A stretch of DNA of 64,000 nucleotides from Octopus sinensis (taxonomy: Eukaryota), in contig NC_043025.1 in assembly GCF_006345805.1 (NCBI RefSeq), forward strand, positions 12,648,001 through 12,712,000. Reading direction: 5' to 3'. The notes beneath the pieces are model-generated. The model did not search any database and was not told the origin of the DNA. It saw only the letters and a list, made by a program, of their open reading frames with translations. Made by a program: the position numbers and the translations under genes. This document shows, piece after piece, positions 12,067 through 23,939 of this stretch. Each line of letters begins with the position of its first letter. The first letter of the stretch is position 1.

Positions 12067-14435
12067 GGTACTTGTTAATTGTCGTGGTCCCGGTTTTGCG
12101 CGCGCGCGCGTCAGACGTAGGTACTCGAGATCCTATGAGGTGACTTGCGCATGCGCGTTAAACCCCCCCCCCCGGAAAAAAAAAAGGATCTTTTTTAAAG
12201 ATACCTTTCTGCTTTTTAAGACAAAAAGGTGTTGGATTTAACTAAAAATATATATATATGTGTGTATATATAACATATTCAATTTTACACAAAAAAATTA
12301 CATAGTCGCTTTCCTCGCGGATTTACAGATAAATGAATTAATTACTATTTTACAGAATAAAATTAATGAATTAATTATATTAATTAAATAATTCTTGAAA
12401 ATTAATTATTATTAATAATATTTTTTGAACAAAGTAAAAAGTAATTACTTTTTTTTTACAGAAACGCGAACGGGGAAATTTCAGTTTATAAATAAATACA
12501 TTTCATGTGTAATGTAAAATAGTAGTCAATTAATTAAATACCTTCTCTGTCGTAACCTCCAAAAACCCATCTCTCTTGTGGCGTTCTCCCTCTATTGTAT
12601 TTTCTCTTACACATCAGACTTTCATCTACTTCAACAACGTGTCCGACACCACCAATTTGGTATGGATTGTTGATTAGATTATTGTGTGCAGTTTCAATCT
12701 GCTATTTTCGAGATACGATTTCTTTCTAATCGACTCTTTTTCCCCTTTGTGAGTTGGGCAGCGAAAAATTTTTTTCCTGGTTGTGTTTTATAAGAGTCAT
12801 CTCTCTATGGCATTTTGAGCAAATTGGAGTTGAGGAACTCAACACTTTTTCGTCCTTTAGGAATGAATAGATACTGTCAAAGTCTTTTACGATGCTTTCT
12901 ATCTCATACAACATTTTTTCTTAATTTAACTCACAGTTCAACTGATGAAGATAAACTGAAAATAAAGTTATTTTCAGTATCAGTTAGCTGACTATCATTC
13001 AGTTAGCTCTGATTGGTTAGTTTTAGAACTTTCTCTGTCCCCTCTTTCAAACTAATTTTTGGTGGGGGGGGGGGAGAAAAATGAACGATTTAAAATAAAA
13101 ATATATCTTAATTGTAGTGTGAGAAAAGTATATATATTCTGATGATAAAATATATTCTTTCAAAAACATTTGTAGTCCTACTATGAAAGATTGTTTTGGG
13201 CTGAAACCCAAGTTAACGAAAATACATGAATAAGGATTTGACTGTCATGATGTTGAGTCTTATTAGATTCTTGTCCGATTCAGTATATTTGTCATGTGCT
13301 TTCTGAAGTAGGCAATAAAAACCTTATAAACAAACTGTTATCTACATAATACTGTGGTAATTAGACAACATTAACTGAAATTAATTATGCCTTTCCTAAC
13401 AGAAAATGACATAATATGTATTATTATGTGAACATGTAAAGGAAACTGAAAATTGTGATATGTTCCTCTCATTACTGGCACTTATTAACTTGAGAAAAAT
13501 AAAAGGCCACATATAGAATGAGATATTCGAAAATAAAAAAATGTTAAAAGATACTCCTCGGAATTAAAATCATGACAAAGATTTTCAAAATCCCTTTTTT
13601 GCGATAGATGGAGATTGCCTGAAGTAAATAAGGGAGAAGGAGAGAGAAGACAGCAGAAGGAACAGCATTGATGAGTTTCTGTGAAAAAAAATATTTGGAC
13701 AAAATGAAAACGGTCGTGTGATGAATATTCTGAAAGATGTTTCAGAATGATATAAAGTTTGAAGGGGTATGATCTCCCGCGTGTATTGAAACCATTGCAT
13801 GGTAGAAATTATAACGTGACATTTCTGCTAAGCTGCCGCAACTTTTTAAGACTTACTTTGAAAGGTTTACATCGAAAAGTTACAAATATGTGACGAGTTT
13901 GAACAAGAATAATACCCCAGAAAAAGAAAGTATTTAATTAATTGACTACTATTTTACATTACACATGAAATGTATTTATTTATAAACTTTAAACTGAAAA
14001 TTCCCCGTTCGCGTTTCTGTAAAAAAAAAGTAATTACTTTTTACTTTGTTCAAAAAATATTATTAATAATAATTAATTTTCAAGAATTATTTAATTAATA
14101 TAATTAATTCATTAATTTTATTCTGTAAAATAGTAATTAATTCATTTATCTGTAAATCCGCGAGGAAAGCGACTATGTAATTTTTTTGTGTAAAATTGAA
14201 TATGTTATATATACACACACACACATATATATATATTTTTAGTTAAATCCAACACCTTTTTGTCTTAAAAAGCAGAAAGGTATCTTTAAAAAAAATCCTT
14301 TTTTTTCCGGGGGGGGGGGGGTTAGCGGGAATCGCGCATGCGCAAGTCACCTCGTAGGGTATCGAGTACCTACGTCTGACGCGCGCGCGCGAATTCGCGT
14401 GTGCAAAACCGGGACCACGACAATTAACAAGTACC
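12067..14435. mobile_element. Merlin (IS1595/ISXO2-type) non-autonomous DNA transposon with about 475-bp inverted arms
   Basis: Arms 12067-12541 and about 13930-14435 are near-perfect reverse complements ending GGTAC/GTACC. Internal minus-strand MLYEI...CSKCHREM, SIRKKSYLENSRLK and IGGVGHVVEVDESLMCKRKYNRGRTPQERWVFGGYDRE. No TSD found. Confidence 0.85.
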
Positions 14436-14530
14436 AGATATTTATATCTAAAGCTATTTATACATACACCTCCACAAATTCATATAAATAAACCTTATTA
14501 GTGTGTATGTATATATATATATATATATAG

Positions 14531-14676
14531 CAGTGGTTTTCAACCAGGTTTCCGCAAAAAGTTTCTCCTGTGCAGATATGTGTGTACAAGTCTATTAAAT
14601 AATTGCACAGGGGCTCCTGGAGCCAGTGGAATCCTTCCTTGGGTTTCCGCTCCAGCAAAAAGTTTGAAAAGCATTG
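14531..14676. mobile_element. hAT-like MITE, same family as 7741
   Basis: CAGTGGTTTTCAA...TTGAAAAGCATTG termini; reverse orientation to the 7741 copy. Confidence 0.7.
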
Positions 14677-14744
14677 ATATACACACACATATATATGTCC
14701 ACACCCGTGGACATGTTTACAAAATCAGAAAACAGCACAGCTCC

Positions 14745-15000
14745 TTCCATGACTTTCACAAACATTTTTTTCATGCTAAGACTTGCTGAAGCATGGAACA
14801 AACTGCCGGCATCAGTTGTTAATTATCGGAGCACTGCATCCTTCGCCCACACTACACCTGATCTTCTCCTCCCCTCCATACACACAAGCAAGCATCTATC
14901 TGACTCATACACTGTTCACTTCCCAGACATTTCTACATCACTGCAGATGCTTTATACGCACTTTTGACAAGTTGTGGGGCACCTGAGCACTATACAATAA
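14745..15000 (+). mobile_element. CR1/L2-type LINE 3' end
   Basis: NIFFMLRLAEAWNKLPASVV matches the CR1 ORF2 C-terminal FF..RV...WN.LP..VV pattern; followed by a 3' tail. Confidence 0.65.
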
Positions 15001-15279
15001 TTTCATATATATAATATTAATGTGTATGTATGCGCAATAAAACGGAATGGCCTTACCTCATAACTTTTCGTTGGGAGTCCTCGTCAGGCCACAGGTTGCC
15101 CATTGACAACCAAATATATATATATTCCTTTCTTCACTATTTGTTAAACTCTCTGGCTACGTCTCTGCCACCTGACATCAATACAAGACAGACTTCTACT
15201 TAAAAACATAATTAAAGGTAAAGTTCCATGAGGGTGTGCCAAACACGAAGTTCTGCGAGCAACAGACTTCCTTCCAATA

Positions 15280-15550
15280 AATGTTTGTTTCAGTTTTCGG
15301 CACCGACCCTGACGTCACTTCCTCTTGGTCATTATCGATTTGGGGGTCAGATTAAACTAGGTCAAATGCAAAAGGGGATCGAAAAGGCGACGAGCTTGCC
15401 AATTAGCGCGCCAAACGAAAATGCTCAGAAGTACTCCGACCGCAAAGACGTCCCGGGGAAGCGAACCTCCCCAGGACGTCACGGCGGACGAAATACAACT
15501 AAGCAATTCCGTCCGACGCGCTAAACGACCGGGCCAGCTTGCCGCCACTG
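15280..15550. promoter_or_regulatory. CpG-rich putative promoter with overlapping ETS-CRE motif
   Basis: TGACGTCACTTCCT at 15310-15323; high local CpG density; minus-strand donor GAG/GTAAGG at 15057/15056. Confidence 0.45.
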
Positions 15551-16038
15551 AAAAATTGTGTAATTAAGAGATATTTAAGTTTAAAAAAAAAAAAGAAGAA
15601 AAATTGAAGGTTGTCCGAATATTCTAGCATTATCGCCACAACATTCTTTAACTTTTTCTCTCAAAATGAGTTTTTATTCTTCAACCCAGTTTTGCTTTCG
15701 CTTCTATTCAAGGCAAAATGCTTTTGCATCCACACATATATAATATAATATAATATAAATATATACATACATACCTATGTACATATACATGCATATATGG
15801 GTACAAGACATCAAAAAAACGTTGAACACAACGAGAAACGAACTTTGGGGGTGGGACAACAAAAAAAAAAAAATACAGATATACATATACGACGGGCTTC
15901 TTTGAGTTTCCATCTACCAAATCCGGAACCATGTGGTTGGTAAGCACAGCCACTCCTACGCCTAATTTTTTTTTTTTACCCCAGTGGTCAACTGGTACTT
16001 ATTTTATTGACCCCAGCCCTTTGAATATTTCAAATAAT

Positions 16039-16258
16039 TAAGGCTGCGAGCTGGCAGGAACGTTAGCACGCCGGGCGAAATGCTTAGCAGTATTTCGTCT
16101 GGTGTTACGTTCTGGGTTCAAATTCCGTCGATTTTGCCTTTCATCCTTTCGGGGTGGATTAAATAAGTACCAGTTACGCACTGGGGTCGATGTAATCGAC
16201 TTAATCCGTTTGTCTGTCCTCTCTGTGTTTAGCCCCTTGTGGGTAGTAAAGAAATAGG
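16039..16258 (+). mobile_element. tRNA-derived SINE, family B
   Basis: Full head-to-tail match to the family B consensus. Confidence 0.8.
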
Positions 16259-16323
16259 TCTGCAGGAGTGTGAGAGTCAATTGGCAGATGAGTGGAGGGA
16301 AATGAGTGATGAACAGGGCAGAG

Positions 16324-16999
16324 TCACTCGGGTTGAGTATGAATGAAGTTATGTTTAGTCAAGTGTGCTCTTTGAGAGAACGATTTGCCACAGGTATGAC
16401 AAACATAGAGTTTTTCTCCTGTGTGAACACGTTGGTGAGTAGTTAATTGATCGTGGAGAGAGAAAGATTTTCCACAGGTGTCACAGTGGTATGGCTTCTC
16501 ACCTGTATGAATGCGTATGTGAATGGTCAAGCTACCTGTCTGAGTGAACGACTTGCCACAGATGTCACAACGATATGGTTTCTCTCCAGCATGAATGTGT
16601 TTGTGCTTCGTCAGAGCGCTTCCATTCGAGAATGATTTATCACAGGTGTTGCACAGGTAGGGTCTCTCGTCGCTGTGGGTCGTCAGGTTGCCACTCCGCG
16701 AAAACAATTTTCCACAGATGTCACAGTCGTACGGCCTCTCTCCTGTATGAATGTGCCTGTGAGCTGTTAAGTTACCACTTAGAGTGAACGACTTACCACA
16801 GATGTCGCAGTGATAGGGCTTCTCTCCTGTATGAGTACGTTTGTGAATAGAGAGGCTATCTTTGCGAGAAAATGTCTTTTTGCAAACATCACAAGGATAT
16901 GCTATTTTCCCTATATCTTTCGGCATCTCGTCAACAAAATTAATCCTTTTAAGGCACTGATTTACATTTAATATTGTCCTCACACAATTCACTTTCCAT
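16324..16999 (-). pseudogene. C2H2 zinc-finger paralogue (ZNF2): 7 fingers (third broken), frameshifted 5' end; possible 200-aa product from ATG 16926
   Basis: The ATG homologous to the ZNF1 start (16999) reads MESELCEDNIKCKSVP* because it lies 73 nt, not 72 nt, before the EMP methionine. Finger 3 ends LTTHSDERP and lacks its second His. The ORF-track N-terminus (17088) lies in a SINE. Confidence 0.75.
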
Positions 17000-17029
17000 C
17001 TCTCACCGAAATATAATGATGCTTTTCTA

Positions 17030-17185
17030 TTTCTCGGAGTGGTTGTCATTAGGAAGGGCATCCAGCTGTCGAAACTCTTCCAGATCAATATTGGAGCCTG
17101 GTGCAGCCATCAGGTTTGCCAGCCCTCGGTTGAATCGTCCACCCCATGCTAGCATGGAAAGCGGACGTTAAACGATGATGATGAT
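17030..17185 (-). mobile_element. SINE-like repeat family C, partial
   Basis: Reverse complement of TTTAACGTCCGCTTTCCATGCTAGCATGGG...GGATGCCCTTCCTAA. Confidence 0.7.
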
Positions 17186-17399
17186 TCCTAAGTGATTCTG
17201 TGTTATTATCACCAACTGTGATCTTCGTCAATATCCGAAGATGTTGCAAGCTCCTTCGTTATCCAAGTTTCATGAGAATACGATATCATCTTCAGCGCAT
17301 TCAAGTCAGTGAAGTAGAGAAGTTTTACTAAACAATGCCAATTAAATGAAATATTCCATTGCAATTTACCAAAGATTGATACAAACGGGGTAAAATTTG

Positions 17400-17690
17400 T
17401 TCATCGTTTAACGTCCACTTTCCATGCTAGCATGGATTGGACGGTTTGACCGGGGATCTGGGAAGCCAGAAGGCTGCACCAGGCCAGTCAGATCTGGCAG
17501 TGTTTCTACAGCTGGATGCCCTTCCTAACACCAACCACTCCGAGAGTGTAGTGGGTGATTTTATGTGCCAGACGAGGCTGGCGAACGGCCACGATTGGAT
17601 GGTGATTGTTACGTGCACAGAGGCCAGTCGATGCGGTACTGGCTACGGCCACGTTCGGATGGTTTTCTTATGTGCCACCCACAAGGATAC
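17400..17690 (+). mobile_element. SINE-like repeat family C
   Basis: Same consensus; further copies at about 25070, 28320, 29490, 40055, 45270 and 63380. Confidence 0.7.
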
Positions 17691-18827
17691 AAATTCCAAT
17701 GATGTTCATCTATTTTTATTTGATTTTCACTTGCCTCAACAGGTCAGAACGAGGAAGGTATGCACAGGTGAACTGACTACGTCCCAGGTAGGGGCCACGG
17801 GTTATGGCTTCACTAGTAAAAATGTCCTTTAATGCCAAGCCATCTGGAATATTCTGAAATAGCAGAGAAACAGACTACACTTATATCTTCCGTTTTGGGA
17901 TTTGGCTTGCAAGATTCTTTATATGAATTCGTGTGTTGAAGCAAATTTTATTGTCTGGGGAGAGTCATTTTCTTAAAGAAATTTGAGAAGATACGTTTTC
18001 GGGATGACCGGGAAAACGGTGTAATGGGCAATATTGTAAGTCTAGATAATTACTGACATACTTTTTGTGAACAGCCCTTCTAGAGACAGGTTTTTTTCTT
18101 TAAAATTCAAACGTCATCTAATTGTATACATCTATCGTCACTGTGCATTTTCTTCTTACATTTCCACATGTAGTTCCTATTTTCTGTATATACTAGTAGT
18201 ATTGCTCGGGTTTGTTTCGACCCTTTAGAATTGGAATTTTTGAAAAGTAAAAATTTTGCCTCATGTAGCTTGTTATTCTCTTTAAGTGAACAGTTTTCTG
18301 GTTGAAATACACCGAAAATGGTGACACAGCAGTCAAAAAATAGGAATTTTCAATAGAAAAAAAAGGCACCTTTTTGATGTTAACATGGTCCGATATCAAT
18401 CTTTTCTTCTATGGAAGGAGGAGCAAGCCTTCTTCTATCATACTCTGAATTTTGGTCAACTTGTGCCACAGGGTATATATTGCTATATTTCGGAATGGTC
18501 ATTTTGCCAGTTTAGCCAATAAAAACACACGCACTATATATTTGGTGTTATTTTGCTTCAGTGTTATTTTTTACATTAATCTTATTTCGGCCAGAGTTCT
18601 TTCGTCACACTCCTGTGACCTCATCAGTTGTCCTTTGTTTCCTTATTTGTGTCTCTCCTTACTAACCGTCAGCCATTTTGTATGTCTTCATTTGCGCATG
18701 CTTATATCTCTCGTTCATGTGTTTACATCCGTATGTATAACAACAATACTAGTAATAATAATAAATCAAAAAAAAAAAAATTATATATTTGTCTATATTG
18801 TAACCAGTTTGTGGGGATCCTCTACCA

Positions 18828-20100
18828 TCATATGTTGTGGTGGGTGCTAGTGTTCCATTGCAGTTTCCTATTCAGGCTAGGTTCATCTTCTATTATGTGT
18901 GTAGCTTCTGTAATTTGTCTGATTGTTGCATCTGTTCTATGTGTGGACAATATTTTAATTTCTATGTTGTTGACTGATCCCCCGTGTTGGTACAGAATCG
19001 ATGAGCTTTTACCTTCCTTGAGTTGTCTCCAATGTCCATGTACCCGCTCTCCTATGCTTCTTGCCGTTTCCCCTACGTATGTCGTTGTCTTATTGCCTGG
19101 CTTTTCAACAACCTTAATCCTTAGCTTAAGTTTGTCTAGGGTCCTTCTAAAGCGGTATGCCAGTTCACCTCCAGGGGTGGTGTCAACGAACATGACACTC
19201 TGGTATTTATGGCGATCATACCAAGAGGTGGCCTCCCCTATTTTCTTTTTTTGTCCTTTCTATAGTGTTCCATGACTTGTACCTATAGAGTGGGCAAATC
19301 CCATTCCTATCATTACATAATATATTATCAAATTTCTTTATGGCTCCTTTGTATACTCTGACCCTTTCTTTATGGCTGTAACCTGAGAACTGCATGCGGT
19401 GAATGAAATAATGTATGTGTCTCTTTAATTCTGTAGGCTCGCATATGCGTGACACATTTCTCATTATTCTGATGAGGTCTGCCATAAAAATATTGAATTT
19501 GGCTGAGTTCCGGTGGATCAAGTATTTTGAGGCCATAGTATGAATAAAGGATCTGGGTTTTATTATTCACAATTTCTAGCGAGAGTTCTGTGTCTAGTAC
19601 TGGTAGTCTATTGTTACCTTAATACTCTGGTGGATGGAGTTAGCTATTTGCTGGAATGCTCTCCATAGTATTAGTTTCTATTATTATATCAACAGTACTC
19701 TCTTGTGGGGGTGCCTTTACCACTATGTTGATATCATCAACATAGCAAGAGTACATGTTCACGAGTATGGTGTTAGGCGTTCCTTAAGCCTTCTGTCCCA
19801 CCATACCGTGAAAAGGTTGGCCACATCACCAGCGATACTAACGCTGATGGCTGCCCCCTGGTCATATATTTTATTCTTAAACGTGTGGCCTTTTAGAGTA
19901 ACTCTTATACTAGCTCCTAGTGCAATCATTTTCTTTACCTGATGGACATTTGCGGGGCTCTGGTTCATCCGCGCCATATATATTTGCTAATCCTAGAAGA
20001 TTGATGGGAGGAAGTGAATGAATTATCCGCAAGTCAAGGATGTGTCCTTAATGCTTGCAACAATCCAGACTCTGCTAAATTTACATTAAGGTGGACATGG
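18828..20100 (-). mobile_element. Penelope-like retroelement relic (RT plus GIY-YIG endonuclease)
   Basis: Minus-strand KIYDQGAAISVSIAGDVANLF, CYVDDINIVV, thumb region RMQFSGYS, and YVGETARSIGERVHGH...RQITEATHI...PSLNRK. Confidence 0.85.
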
Positions 20101-22606
20101 CAAATGTAAAAACAACAACAAAATATTTCCTCTTTTTTTATTTCAAAATCATTCAATCTGTCACATAGCATGTTTCAGTGGACAATGATGCTGTCAGTCT
20201 GCAATATCTTCTCCTCCACACTCAGGCACTAAAGAAACGGAACAGGGGCTGATGTGGCAGAGATGAATTTCAATGTTGTAGAAATGTGAGAGGTCGTATT
20301 GATGGAAGGGGTGGTGGACTGAGAGATATCGTTGACAGGGAGGTGTCTTCAGCAGTGAATCAAAGGCTAATTAACTAACATTAATAAATCAATATATAAT
20401 AATTATGGCAGGGGAATTGCTGATTACATCAACTCTGGTACTTAATTTATTGACCTCGATGGGATTTGAACTCAGAACTTAAGTGTCATTTCGTCCATCT
20501 TTAACATTTTGCCTGGTTTGCTAATGTTTCCCATCTTAATGATAATAATCCTTTCTAATATAGGCACAAGGCCTGGAATTTGTGGAGGGGAGGGTAGTCG
20601 ATCACATTGATCCCTGTTCTTGGTTGGTACCTAATTTATCGGGATGATAGGCAATGTTAACCTTTGAGGAATTTGAACTCAGAATTTAAAGTAAGGAAGA
20701 AATGCCACTTAGCATTCACCTGGTGTGCTAATTATTTTGCCACCTTAATAGTAGTAATAATAATAATCCTTTTTAATATAGGTACAAGGCCTGAAATTTG
20801 GGGGAGAGGTAGAGTTGATTAAACCAACCCTGGTGTTTCATTAGTACTTAATTTATTGGCCTTGGTGGCATAGCAACAGATGGAATACTAGTAAGCATTT
20901 TGTCTGCTAGCTTGCCACCTTATTGATGACAACAACAACAACTTATAAGGAATGTCTTGTAAAGTTAATTAAGGACAAACAATCATTATAGGATGATGTG
21001 AGGTAGAAAATGTGCTGTGTGTGTCTTTGAAGTCATGTAGAAGTGTATGCACCTTAACCCTTTCATTACCAACCCAGCCCTGTACTACAAATGTCCTGCT
21101 TTCATAAGTTCTGAATTAAAATCTTCCACTAAACCTTAGTCACAATTTCTGTTCCTAACACTAGCTGAAATTCTTTGTTATATTTAAAATTGATTGATAG
21201 TAAACATATAGCAGGAATAGGGTAACAGAAGGTTTAAACTATACAGTGGAGAAACAATTCTTAACCCTTTTGATACCACCTCTGGCTCAGTAGTACATGT
21301 GTCTTGTTTTGAATTAAAATCATAGATACATGGAAATTTTAAAGTGTGTGTATTAAGCTGTCAAGAAAGTTCTTGTGGAATTTGTTACTCTTTTCGAATA
21401 ATGTGCACAATTTTCTTATTCCTGTCCTAGCTAGGCCAAAATGCTGCTGAAACAGCTTGCGATATCAATGATGCGTTTGGCCTGATTTCCACCACATGTG
21501 TTAAATAACAACCAAAACAAAATGCTGTTTTGAAGTGTTGTCTTCCCTTCTTTTATGTAACAAGAACGACCAGATTGTGACAGTCAGCTAAGTGGTTGTA
21601 TGCTGACGAAGCTCCACGGCACTTGCCTTAACAGAAGGTCATGGTGACTGTTTGGTGGTCTCATGGATCACAGCTTTTTGGATCCAAGTGGAGAAGTACT
21701 GTCGGCAAATGGATGAATTGCATAAGAAACTCTGACAACAACAGCCAGCATTGGTCAATAGAAAGGGACCATGGCAAAACTGTGGTGTTTATTTCTAAAG
21801 GTTCAAAACCACAAGAACTTTCTTGACAATCTAATATATATGTGTGTGTGTATATATTTTGTTTGCAAGATTCTTTGTGTGTTGAAGCGTATTTTATGGT
21901 CTGGCAAGTGTCTTCTACTATAGCCTTGTGAGTGGATTTGGTAGACAGAAGCCTGTTGTGTGTGTATATATGTTTACATCCCGTTAACTTAGCGTTTCGG
22001 CAAAAGAAATTGATAGAATAAGTCCTGGGGTTGACTAAACGCGGCAGTTCAGCATGGCCACAGTCAAATGACTGAAAAGATTTAGCTATTTATGAAGAAG
22101 GATATATATTTTTGAGTGTGGTTATTAAGCTGAATATAGCTCACTTGGAGCACTAAAATTCCTGTCTGTATTTTATTTGCAAATGTTGGTAATCTCAAAG
22201 TAAAGCCGTGTATTTTATAATAATATATATATAAGTACAATTCGTGCGCAATTAAGCTAGCAGCACCGAGTCGAACAAACCTATCCGTAATACAATGATG
22301 TCCTTACCTGTTATATGGGAATGTAAATATGTTTGCAAATTTTTGTTACTGTGTTCTGAATACTTTTATTTTGATAAATGTTGCTTACTACAAGTTATGG
22401 ATGACTTCATTGCTTAGAAAATGTATGGTGTACCTTTTAAAACACCTGCTGCTGTCTACCGTATAACAAGGATCATACTTACTGGGAGTGCCTCTGAATA
22501 CATCTCTCCCTGAGAGGGTTTAAACACCTCTGACATACATATGTTATTGTAAAATGTAATACATACACACACACACTCGTTATGACAGCATGTGGCCAAG
22601 CAGTGT

Positions 22607-23812
22607 TTACTCAACAAGAGATATATTTTTAATTTTACCAGGATTTACATCTCTAGTCAACCCGTTTTGCACATTTGCTCCAAATTTGAAATTCTTCCCT
22701 GCCTTGTTCCTCCTCGACTTCAAAATCCGCAGAAGTGCCTGGCTTCGCTCTTTCTGCATGAGAGTGATGACAACGTTCTCCTTCGGCGCCTCTTCATCAC
22801 CCTCCTCGCTGTCAACATCCCGACGGTCATGAAGCTCTTCCCCGTTGCATTTAGACGTAACCTTTTCTCGGCTGTCATTGATGTCCGTGTCTTGGGTGGA
22901 CGGCTTCCTTTTGAAGGCTTTCGTCTTGTGTTTGTTTGGATTCTTTGTTGCATTAAAACCTGGGACTTGTACGACAGCACCTGCAGTTGTTGCGTTCCGT
23001 TTGTGAAGTAAATTTGTCAGGAACAGTGCTGAATGCTTGAAAGAATATGGCGAAGGGATCTTTAAACAGTTCTGCTTTTTACCTGAGAATTGCTGCCCCT
23101 GTTTTCTTTCATGTTCGCTTCTTATCAAATGCGATTGGTTCATTTTATTTGATACAGTTTCTCTCATCATTTTTGTTGTAGGTATTGCTGTTGTTCTCAT
23201 CGAAGTCAACAAACTTTGGTCGGCTTCCAGAGAGTCGCGGCACTTTACTGGGTGGTATGGAACTAAAGGCTCGGAAGATTTGAATTTATTAACGAATTGC
23301 GAAGAACCCCAGAATGAAAACTGGTCCGGCGCTGTTGAAACAATCACAAAAGCTTCCATATTGTCGTCAGAAAGTTTTACAGCGTCTTTCACAAAAGAAA
23401 GAATTTCGTTCGCTTTCTCTGAGCGACCTTCGTTTGACAATTCTGTCTGTTCAACTTTTGGAATAACAGTGACAGGAAATTGTTTCTTACTAAGGAATTT
23501 GTCAGCAGAGAGAAGAGATTCTTTGGTAGATCCGTTGCCAGGCATAAAGTTTCTGTGGTTCTGTGTAAGATCCAGAGCTTGGTCCTCGACCTGGTGGAAT
23601 TGGTTGAGATTAGGGACGGCAATGATTGATGCAGTACCATACAGAGATGGAAAAGCATGATTATTATTGTTGTTAGTGGAATAAGCCCAGCCGATGCAAT
23701 TTGAAGAGTTTTTATCAACGTAGCTTTTGTCTCTGCTAGTGTGGTCAATAGTTTTGGAAGATGCAATGGTGTCGCACTGGGATGGCTTGTCATTCTTTCT
23801 CGTTGTGCTTGT
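22607..23812 (-). CDS. Exon 3 (terminal coding exon, 1206 nt) of an uncharacterised three-exon gene
   Basis: The frame stays open 89 codons upstream of the tracked ATG, up to acceptor TTTTTTCCTTAATTACAG; an in-frame TAA lies just inside the intron; phase-0 start; AATAAA candidates near 22370 and 22177. Confidence 0.85.
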   Translation of the reverse strand, partial: TSTTRKNDKPSQCDTIASSKTIDHTSRDKSYVDKNSSNCIGWAYSTNNNNNHAFPSLYGTASIIAVPNLNQFHQVEDQALDLTQNHRNFMPGNGSTKESLLSADKFLSKKQFPVTVIPKVEQTELSNEGRSEKANEILSFVKDAVKLSDDNMEAFVIVSTAPDQFSFWGSSQFVNKFKSSEPLVPYHPVKCRDSLEADQSLLTSMRTTAIPTTKMMRETVSNKMNQSHLIRSEHERKQGQQFSGKKQNCLKIPSPYSFKHSALFLTNLLHKRNATTAGAVVQVPGFNATKNPNKHKTKAFKRKPSTQDTDINDSREKVTSKCNGEELHDRRDVDSEEGDEEAPKENVVITLMQKERSQALLRILKSRRNKAGKNFKFGANVQNGLTRDVNPGKIKNISLVE

Positions 23813-23939
23813 CTGTAATTAAGGAAAAAAACAATTTTATCGATATAAAAAAATAACGATGATAAAAAATTATTGTAACGAAGGCCGGTTAGAATGTCGT
23901 GGGTTCGAGCCCCATACTGACCATGTAACTTTTTATATA

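Noticed and set aside
17000-17088. N-terminal extension of ZNF2 given by the ORF track
   Set aside because: Begins inside a SINE family C copy and is not homologous to the ZNF1 N-terminus in that frame.
23037-23660. Plus-strand 207-aa ORF and alternative-frame 134-aa ORF at 23389-23793
   Set aside because: Shadows of exon 3; only the exon 3 frame fits the acceptor and exon 2 phase.
23880-23930. tRNA-like B-box GGTTCGAGCCC, and the SINE heads, as tRNA genes
   Set aside because: No complete cloverleaf can be built; these are SINE 5' regions.
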